From the NCBI GenBank assembly GCA_951406725.2, contig OX597821.1, forward strand, positions 62,806,001 through 62,870,000: 64,000 nucleotides of DNA. The letters run 5' to 3'. Below are positions 52,976 through 64,000 of this stretch, in pieces. This DNA comes from Octopus vulgaris (taxonomy: Eukaryota). Both the position numbers and the translations under genes were made by a program. The first letter of the stretch is position 1, and each line of letters starts with the position of its first letter. The notes beneath the pieces are model-generated. The model was not told where the DNA came from. It ran no database searches and worked only from the letters and a program-made list of their open reading frames with translations.

Positions 52976-55397
52976 AGTAATAATAACAACAACAACAATA
53001 ATTATAATAATAATTAGAATCATTAGAATAATAATGAATACACCAATTATGATTTGCTCCTAAAAAGTTCAAATAAAAATGTTTAGAAACTACAAATAAT
53101 GAAAATAAGGAAAATGTTAAAAGATAATTACATACGTAAATCTTGTAAAATTTATTGAAAATTAACTCATATAATTAGTCTACTATCAGTTTTAATAGTG
53201 GTCCTTGATGAAATTTCAGCGAAGTAAACAATCTTGCTCTGTTTAATAAAGACATTATAAAAAAATTTAACTATACAAATGGAAATCGTTTTATTAAGTC
53301 CAAGTTAACTCGAAAATGCTTATTTGGAGAGTAGAATTAAAAAGTGCAGAAAGTGGAACGTGCGTAACCTCTGTCAGTAGAATCAAATAAACTGGTAACT
53401 GCCGAAAATGATAGTATTCTAAATAGAACAGGACATAAACAAAAGAGAAGAGTTGAAAGTAGATATGTTAAGAATATGTTGCAAGCTTAGAGGAGTATAT
53501 TTCTGTACATTCTACTCTTAACACAGCAATTTCGATAATAAACTGCGATAATTTCGAAAATTAACAGCCCGTGTCTAAACAAAACTTTGGACCTTAAGGC
53601 ATAATCTAAATTAGGAAAATACATTTTAAGAGATACATATAGAAAAAGAAAGGCAAAAAGAGAAACAGGCCGCATGGAAATATGTAACGAGAAAATATGT
53701 AACGAAACAAAAAAAATGACCGCAAATTATACAATTTACAACATAAATCACGAAGATACACTTCCCACATGTAAATCAGGATGAAGAGGAGTAACAAAAC
53801 CAATACTAAAGCGAGTATAGAGTACCCGGTCAATAGGATGCTGACCAGTAAACACAGTCAAAAATATATATATGATAAATATGCCTACATTGGTATAAGA
53901 AATTTTATAGAGGAAAATAGTAAGTTTTAAAATTTGGGGTACTTTTAACTTACGATTTTGACTTTTAACAATTAAAGAAATAATTACATTTTAAAAACAC
54001 ATCTGTTTATGACAAAATAGAGGTATTTCCTGATTATGAATCTGAACGTTAAAATAGCATCATAAAAACGCAAACCTTGCCGTCTCAGACCTAATAAAAA
54101 CAAATACGTATATCAATATGATCATGCTCGGTAAAGTAGCACAGGCAATTCGAGGCATCGACGAATTCACACAACATGGAACACTAATATAACAGTATGA
54201 TAGTAAAAAAGGGGAATAATAACTGAACACATAATAGAAAAAATTATGATAACGATATAAATACTATAGTGCATAATTGCATAAAATCTATGGCGATTGA
54301 ATAATGTCCGACTATACTGCCTGCATGTATGGAGTTGATTACCACTGCTCAGGAAATAATCTTACAATAATTTTTAAAGAATGCATAATGACATTCCAAA
54401 GCATATTATACACCTAATCTAAAAAATCAATTTAGAATAGAAATTCATCCAAGTCGCACGTCATCTGAAGTAATGAGCTGGTTTTTAGTCGATGTTTTTG
54501 ATATCTCTGCAAACTCGGCCTAATTGAGCTGCGAATTTCTGGCTCAAGGCTAAACACAAAATGCATTAATGATTGAATGACATTTATTATATTGGCCAGC
54601 TATACAGTTACTTTAAATTAATAGCAATTCCTCGTGGCGCTCACGAATAGAAGCTGGATAAATAAATAGGGAGTGAATTACAAACATTATTATCCACGAA
54701 AAAAACATGCATGAATGATAATATCTGAAGTTAATTAGCTGAATTTAGTATCATAATATATTGCTTCTTAAATTATGCCTTTTAGAATGATTATAATAAC
54801 AATTGCTTCAGATGACGTCCCACCATACATAGAGTGGTAAAAATCGATGTACTGAATGTTCACACTGCAGCTCTAAATCTTGGCAATGCCAATTAAGTAA
54901 CAATCTGCGCTAGAATTGGTAATAGGAACTGTACAAACCGAACTTATTTGCTATATGTATTTCAACAGAGAGTTCAACGATTTGAAAATGAATTTTGTCA
55001 CGATGTGAAAATTGTTTCTCTTCTTTCTACTGCCTTAACTCTGAGAATAGTGCTTTAATTAACACTGTAATGAATATAAAACACTTTACTATTTATTTCT
55101 TAGTCACAACGTTATCAAGAAAACATGAAACTATTTTGAAATATCAAACACTAACATATGTTTTAAAACTCCCATAAAATAGTTCCATATTTATATGTTC
55201 TAGTGCAGATAAATAAACAACTTGCGACAAACAAAATAGTAGTTGCCATGTTTGTAATTCTAGTACAAAAATTACCAGTGAAAATAGAAAACTTACGAGC
55301 AAATATGAAGTGTGCAAATAAGAAGCTGAAATTAAAATAATGAAGCTTAAGTTAAAATAATTAACGATTATTATTCAAATTTTACGTAATTTTAAAG

Positions 55398-55457
<60 letters not shown>

Positions 55458-55759
55458 GTTTGATTATTATTAAAAGCAGATCTGTCCACTTAATTGCGAC
55501 CTCATATGTTGTAATTACACCCTACCGTTCTGACATCGTAATTATTATGTATGTATTTGATGTAATATTATGAAATGTTCTGGAATTGTTGTCTTTTTTA
55601 GGAGCTTAAATTAATCAAAGAAAACTGGCTCAGTTCAATGGTTAACTTGTAAAGTCTATAATAATTCTTATGAAATTATTTTTCATCTATCGCTTATTGA
55701 ACGATAATTTGTATAACTGTTTCACTACGTTAATTATGCTTAATGTTACTACTGTTTTT

Positions 55760-55778
55760 GCTGCTGCTGCTGCTGCTG

Positions 55779-55847
<69 letters not shown>

Positions 55848-55848
55848 T
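55760..55848. repeat. (GCT)n-(ACT)n compound microsatellite
   Basis: Read directly from the sequence. Confidence 0.95.
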
Positions 55849-57249
55849 GATGATCTATTGTACAGATTACACATACATGTATACATATGTATATAAATAT
55901 ATACATTTACACATACACACACTCATATATGAATGTGTATATATATATATATTTATATATATATACACAACCTATATCGGTTATGGGATAGGTTGATGTG
56001 CTAATATACACGTGCATATAGAATGCGTTTTCCCTTCATGGCAATAGTTCAAATATGGTTTGCATCACATCATGATATAGTGCATAATTTATCCTTATAC
56101 ACTAAATTTGTTAACACATTGAATATCCTTGCGATATTTTATATTAGTACAAATGTATTTAAGCACTCACTGTAGCATTTCATGCAATGAAACTAAACTA
56201 TTATATATATCGATATATTTTTCTACCCTTCTATATTCATTGATACTCAATGTCTCCTCAAATTTAGGTCTTCTTATGTGGTTACGTAACTGCCAAGAGA
56301 TTTTGATTATTATTTCGGCTGATATTACATATGTCACTCTAATAAAATAAAAGTATAGTTAACAAGAATATCTGTAAAGTAAATAGAGCTTTTGTATTTA
56401 AAATGGGATTTTGTTCTTAAGAGAAGACTCAGAAATATGTACAACTCTCAAATAACATTGTAATAAGTGTATCGGCAACTCAATGTATCGAAGAAAGCTT
56501 TCAATGTGGATCGCTCTATATCATAGTGTTGAGCTCTTTTTCAAAGTAGGGTTACATTAACCTGTTTATCAATGCTAATCTCCTAACAAAAAGCAGCTTC
56601 TATGCTATTTGCTGACCTGCTAGGGATAGCAAACTAATTTCCCTTATATTTAACCCTGTCAGCTAAAAATATATATCCAAGAATTTATTCCACCATGTAC
56701 TATAAGATACTACTGAGTTGATAAAAGATAGCACAATGGTCATTGCTGGAAGGCATTTATCTCAGGTACACTCCGTACGGGTTGACACAAACACGTCTAC
56801 ACCATCAAAACATTTTGCACTAAGTAGAGGGAAACAACAAGACATAATGTCGATACATCACCATATGTGCAAGTATATATAGAAAGAAAAAACCACCAAC
56901 TTAGATAAGGAATCAATATACTGAAATGCATTCAAGTGCTGTTTATTTGCGTTTTCCGAGTTATAAGTTTTTGACAAAATGAGTAGCCTTTAACAGAGAG
57001 TTTTAGAGTAGCCTTTTGCGCTCTATGCAGGAATATTAACACACAACAAGTAACGTTTTAGAGTTTATGGTAAAAGAAACCTGACTAAAATTATGATAGT
57101 AATTATAATATTGCTTCAATTAATATATAACAGTAAAACAAAAGTTTTTAGATCTAGCGAATGATTTACATAAATTTTCAGTGGCAGTCCCCAAACATCT
57201 GTAATCAAGCAACACGGTAAAAAACAGCAAAACAAATTGTAAAAATATT

Positions 57250-57665
57250 CTTTTCTACTCTACGTACAAGGCCCGAAATTTTGGTGGAGGCGGGGCAAGT
57301 TAATTAGATCGACCCCAGAATGCAGCTAGTACTTAATTTATCGACTCTGAAAGACTGAAAGACAAAGTCGACCTCGGCGGAATGTGAACTCAGTACGTAA
57401 AGACAAACGACATACCACTAAACATTTCACCCCGCGTGCTAACGTTTCTTATTTCTTTACTGCCTACAAAAGGCTACACACAGAGGGGACAAACAAGGAC
57501 AAACAAACGGATTGAATCGTTTATATCGACCCCACTGCGTAACTGATACTTATTTAATCGACCCCGAATGTATGAAAGGCAATTTGAACTCAGAACATAA
57601 AGACAGACGAAATACCGCTAAGCATTTCGCCCTGGGTGCTAACATTTCTGCCAGCTCGCCGCCTT
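57250..57665 (-). mobile_element. Dimeric SINE family 1
   Basis: Two cores separated by the same spacer (..cacagaggggacaaacaaggac..aaacggatt) as at 19.8-20.0 kb. Confidence 0.82.
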
Positions 57666-60600
57666 AAATTGTAAAAATATTATTGCAGTCACATGCTCCC
57701 GAATGAAGATAATTTTATTAGATAAAGTGCAATATATCCGCAATGACAAATTGGCTTTTTATTTATCTCTTTATATTTCATTCTGTGTGTCTGTTCCTCT
57801 TCTTCTAGTCCTTGTTACATATATATATATGTGTGTGTGTGTGCGTGTGCGTGCGTGTGTGTATGCGTGTATGTGTGTGTGTTGTGTGTATACGTATGTA
57901 TATATGTATACCCACACACACATATGTGTGTGTGGGTATATATGTATACCCACACACACATATGTGTGTGTGTGTTGACTGATTCAGACATCCCAGCAGA
58001 AAACTCTTGTATATTAGTATCATATGAACAATATTTATTGCAAGAATATCAATCTATATTTAGATATTAAGCAGAAAGATGATCTAGGGAAATATTTTAC
58101 AGCCAATAAAAAGAACAATACTCAAGTAATTTAGGGATCAATTCCTGTGTATATTCAAAATGGACTCATTGAAGCACAAAAAAATGCATAAATGCTGAAG
58201 CGCGCAGACACACACACACAGACATACTCACATAAGCATGCACATACACACATGCGCGCTTAAATGCATGTTCATTTTAAGGTATTGAGTGAATCTTGAT
58301 AAACATTTTACAGTGAAATATCTCAATGCTGACGATTCATGAAAGGAATGAGGTTGTGTGTTAGGTGATTACTACCGACTAGATATTTTAAGAACTTTGT
58401 AATAATGAAGCAAAAATTTAATATGGATATTGTATGTATCCTCTTTTTCCCTAATTTCCGTTTCAAATTTCTACTCTCTACAAATAGTTTGATGAAAGGA
58501 TCACCTCTTTGGTACTTTCAACTGTGTTAGAAAATGAATACAGTTACAGAGCCAAATTTATGCTTTGTAGAGTATCATCTATAGCATCATGTTTCATAAT
58601 AAACTTTCATTTTATTCAAATTTTCCACGTAGATTATATCGTAGTTAAGTGGATTATTTTTCTTTTTTGTGTGATTTCAGTGCATTCCGTTCGTTATTAG
58701 TAAGGCATGTAAAAACAAACAGGCGTAATATTTATAGCAAACACTGATTACCCACAAACAAATATTGCTATTTATGCGATAGCTATAGTTGTAAATATCT
58801 GCTAAAAATACATTTTCATTGTGAGCCGATTTAGAGGTTCCTTACAGAACAACTTGATCTGCTAGCAACAGCAGCCAAATCTCCCTCAAAAACCTAGTTG
58901 CTGTTGTATAAACTGATATTCCCTGGATAATATTAAACTAGACTCTTGTCACACGATAAACAACAGCAGATGCAACAAAAACAAAAAATAATTTTTGTGA
59001 AGTAGCTGAAAGACCATTGATCATATATCGAATAAGCCATTGTGGATAAGAAGAACAATACCATTTATAACTATATCGATTGTACCAGAATTTGTTTCCC
59101 TTGTGCCAAAAAAAGGGTTGTGTAATTTTTCATATAATTTGATGTCTAAGAAATCTCATAAATATAAAAGAAACAAGAATCAAACGTCAAGAAAGAGTTA
59201 TATTCTTGATGATATTCCATCACATCATTCTCGCTGAGTAACTGACTACGCAAACACTTAGTCAAACACATATATGCTCAGTGAAACATATAACAAGCCA
59301 AATGCAAAATAAATATACACAAACTTAGATGCATGTTTACACCAAACTTGCAGTGAAATCATTAATTTTGGCTTCTCTTGTTACAGTTTCTTTCTTTATT
59401 CCCGTTTATATTTCCCATTTCTACATAATTAAATATTGGAACGGAATTATCTTCTGAAATACTTGTTGCTAATATTTCATTCCTTATGTTTACACGAAGA
59501 ACACATTTTGATTAACAGTAACAATCCTGCATTGGTAATTTATTGATGTTCTTTATTGAAGGACAAATATAACATTTGTAACAAAAAACAAATAATTATA
59601 AGAGAACGGCAAAAAGCCAAATAATATGAAGAACGTCAAATGCATCAAGAATAGGAAGCGTAGAAAAAGTGACTGCGAAATCATATATTTACAAATAGGA
59701 AGATGTTACATTGGGTCATATTCCATACGGATGCAAATACAATCCGTTAATATAATTCACAGGAAGGGAAAATGTATTGCATATATGTAAATATTGTTCA
59801 ATACGCATATATGAAATGGAATATGTACAGAAATATGTGTGTGTATGCCTGTGTGTATGCATGTGTGTATGTATCAATATGTATCTATATATATATGTAT
59901 GCATAAATATATATATTCATATATATATATATATAAATGTATATATATATGTATAAACATATGTATATATACATATATATAAATGTATATGTATATATAT
60001 GTATATATACATATGTATAAATGTATATGTATATATATGAATATATACATATATATATATGTATATATAAATATATATATTTATTCATACATATATACAC
60101 GCATATATATATATACATATATACTTGTATATGTATGTATATATGTGTACATATATATTATACATACATATACACACATATATATATGCACGTTTATATG
60201 CATGTATGTATATGTATAGCGACCACTGTACACGCACATGCATATTCACATGGCTTACAAACATGGCCTTCTGGATGATTGGTTTCATAGATAGGGACAT
60301 TGGTTGTTCATTGCTTTGAATGAGCCACAAAATATAAGAGATTTATTATTGTGCGTTATACCTGCATTTCACGCTTCCCTAAATAGCTACAGTTACACTG
60401 GCATATTAAAACACGCCCACACACACACATACACACACAGATACAGACGCATCCACACACAATCAAACTCACACACACACTTATATATTCACATCTTCCA
60501 CCAATTTTCTGAAACCCGTTAAAGTAACTGCTGTTATATTGTAATGATTGCCTGCAAGTGGTTTGAGAACTATAGGAATTATAGATGTATATTCGTGCAA

Positions 60601-60947
60601 CACATTCATATTTTGAGAAACACTACTAGTCATAAACAGGCTAATTGCAAATTTTGAGACGATGATTCGTTTATTGAAATATACATGACATATCATTTTC
60701 TGTACTACTGTCGAGCGAAATAACCATTTTGACACACCAGCTATTGAAAATTGCTTTTGTTGAATTTTATATCTAGGATTTATTATTATTTACTGAAAAT
60801 ATCACTTCATATCAGTTATGTTACATTATATTTGATATATGGTTATTACAATTTATATTGTATTTCTTCTATATTAACACTTAAATCTTGTATACGAGAA
60901 ATCGTTTATCGAAGCTTAAATAAATATTTTCAGAACAAACTTTGTAT

Positions 60948-61017
<70 letters not shown>

Positions 61018-61019
61018 GT

Positions 61020-61078
<59 letters not shown>

Positions 61079-61086
61079 TAGATATA

Positions 61087-61139
<53 letters not shown>

Positions 61140-61143
<4 letters not shown>

Positions 61144-61330
61144 TATGTAGATCGCTAGCCACTAAACCTATTTCTATTTTCTCTCACTGTGTTTTTTTTG
61201 TGTTCCATTCTTCGAAGACCGTTGGCTCGAAACGTAAAATACTTTCTAACTTCCCGAGCGTTAAACTAACACATCTGCCTGTTGTTTACACACCCATCTT
61301 CGTCTTTTGCTCCTTTGTAAATTTTCGCTA
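61140..61330 (+). mobile_element. Short PLE-tail-like element between (TA)n tracts, with degenerate HHR remnant
   Basis: TCGAAGA-ccgttggctc-GAAA-CG-TA (61212-61236), with palindromic ACGT stem III and a mutated core. Confidence 0.4.
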
Positions 61331-63352
61331 TATATATGTATATATATAAAAAAATTTAAAAAATTGGAATGACACAGAGCTCTATATATATTAGAATATT
61401 CAGTATGTTGTTTTTCACTGAGATAGGAAATAATTTCAATTAGTTTCAACACTGCATTTCAGATTTAAATTACGTGTTCCAAAATATTCAATACAAGAAC
61501 TGCGACCATGTAAACTGTTAAATATTAATTACTCAGTCACTTTTGTCTCGGAATATCTGCATCTATATACGTTTCATTATGTTACTAGGGTTATCATCCA
61601 TGACACACATTTATTACGTCTATCCGTTCATTAATTCGTTTGAAATATTGCCGGTGTCCGAATTCAAACTTTGTATCAATGAATCGAATAAATCTCAATT
61701 TTGTATGCAGTGACAGTGTACGATATCTGCAATAGCATATAACTCACGTTAAATCTCAGAGTATAGGAAAAAAGTTTCTATTTCATATTTTTATAATTAC
61801 TGAATTCATAGATAACTATAATTTTTAGACGTAGTTAATGCTTGTGCAGGGACTCCTACTTAAGGTATTAATTCTTGGAGTTATGGATTAATAAGACAAT
61901 GCCGAAACGATTTCAACGCTGAAAGTAGAAATATTATGCTAGATATTACGAATTATTTTTTCTGCTGCACAAATTTCGATATGAAATCAATGAACTTATC
62001 TATATGCATCATTGCTGTTTAGTTCAGTCACTAGAATTTTTATAATAAATTGAATCCACTCCATTACACCAAATTTAATTATTTTATTGCCCCGCCGTCA
62101 TGTTACATAAAAAGCGACAGAAGAAAACGCAATTTGATAGGCATTTTATTTTGCATTGTACTTAATCTGTCTTTTGTCCATCATATATTTTTTTCTTTCA
62201 ACTATTTGTGACAAGACTGATTTAATAGAATGAATATACGAGCTGATTGAGATATGTAATTCAAATCATGTATGACTCACTAAGCTTGGATTATTTTAAT
62301 GTTTTAAACATGTCTTGAAAAGTAAATTATTTCCCAATCGCTAAAGAAAACGAAGACTCACAAGGTGTAGCAAATTAAAGTGCTGTCATAGAAAATGAAG
62401 CTGGTCATGAATTGTCATATTTCGTTTAACATATTTCACATTATGTATTCGCCACAGAAAATGGATTAAAAACAATAATAAATTTTAAATCGAAGGAGCT
62501 GAAAAATATTCCATCAGTCAATTATTAACGTTCAGAAAATATTTCCATATAGCTTTAAAATTAAGCTTAAAATCATTCCATTTCTATAAAATATTTTCGA
62601 ATCTTGTTTGCAAAAATTTTTGCAGACATTTCTTTTCGTTGCATTTTTATGCCTACGAAGTGGAATTTAACGTTCGCTTTATTAATAAATTTATCAGAAT
62701 TCTACTTCATAAATGTACACTGAATAAATTTGAAATCATAACAAGTTCAACGATATTGATTATTAGAAAGTACCGTAAATAGAGTAATTGAAATGTAAAT
62801 TGAAACGCAACAGCGCTGAGAGAGTTGTGACACATTCCTACGCAAATATAGATAGTTGATGTCAATTGAAACAGACAAGCATAAACACTGTATTAGTTTT
62901 ATAGGTTATAATCAGAAGCTGGGAAAATACAACTTAAACGATGTAAGTTAATGCGTTAGTCAATAGCAAGAGGAAAGACTTAGGGAAATTAAAATACATA
63001 AATTTTTAAGACAAAAGAAATTTAATAAAAAACGCACACGCCCGAAGTAACGTGAAATAGAAAGAATGAAAACAGGGGAAATAATAAAAGGGCTCAAGTT
63101 AAAGATAGCCACAGGCACTCATATATAGAGACAACATGAAAATTACTGCAAAGACATATGCACTCGTATATGAGTATGTTCAGAAACGCTGTGTATTCTC
63201 TCCTCTCCTAATAGCTCTTGAAATTTACTGGCGTATGAGGGGAGCTATTTCCACATCCCTCTCTATATATATAAATGCACACACACACACGCACACAAGC
63301 AAACACACACGCACAAGCACACACTTGTATATGTGCGTGTGTGTGTATATAC

Positions 63353-63392
<40 letters not shown>

Positions 63393-63593
63393 GTGTGTTT
63401 TATGTGTATGTAGGGCATATACCCATGCACGCATGCATACATACAAACTGTATGTTGTCATGGGTAATTAAATTTGTCAAATTTAGCAATATCAATTATT
63501 TGAGATATTATAGAATCAGTAATTAAACTATTAACAAAGTAACGTTAAGAAACAACAATAATAATGGAAATGCAAATATATGAAAACTTAGAA

Positions 63594-63626
<33 letters not shown>

Positions 63627-63676
63627 TGTATATAATATGTATACATATATATAGCAGCAGTAGTTTTTTCTATATG

Positions 63677-63839
<163 letters not shown>

Positions 63840-64000
63840 CCCAGCGTGCTGATGATTCTGTAAGATCGCTACTCTTTTCGCAGTTAACATAGCAGATTTG
63901 ACTTGAAAGGCTATCAACAGTCTTTTATATATAAATGTGGTTTTTAAGCTTTTAGTACTTTAAAACTTTACTCTAGTTTGTCTACATTTTCAGTAAAACT

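Noticed and set aside
58660-58706. Possible micro-exon (tttcag...gtaagg); similar at ~21348 and ~38899
   Set aside because: Splice-like signals only; too short to verify without transcripts.

Overview
This is AT-rich, microsatellite-laden eukaryotic DNA. The SINE families and repeat landscape look like an octopus/cephalopod genome (inference). Only one host exon is supportable: a 201-bp phase-symmetric Sushi/CCP-domain exon at 52097-52297 (+), which the ORF track missed. The rest is intron-like and filled with mobile DNA: four R4/Dong-type RLE LINE pieces (two embedded in (AAT)n), two near-full-length mariner copies, a hAT deletion derivative with an 8-bp TSD, an RTE LINE 3' end, two Penelope-like retroelement (PLE) remnants (a GIY-YIG end and an RT) and three tRNA-SINE families. 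The most striking unexplained structure is a set of small non-coding elements in or next to (TA)n tracts. They carry type-I hammerhead ribozyme (HHR) folds with a palindromic minimal stem III and sit inside long inverted and/or tandem repeats (29.0, 47.5, 48.2 and 49.2 kb). A variant HHR lies in the PLE tail at 22.4 kb, and a perfect fold-back palindrome of the same family lies at 27.9 kb. Stems I and II covary between copies while the core and the ACAATTGT palindrome are kept. This suggests a non-autonomous, retrozyme-like, Penelope-dependent ribozyme retroelement family. Most ORF-track entries are microsatellite artefacts. Boundaries of degraded repeats are approximate.
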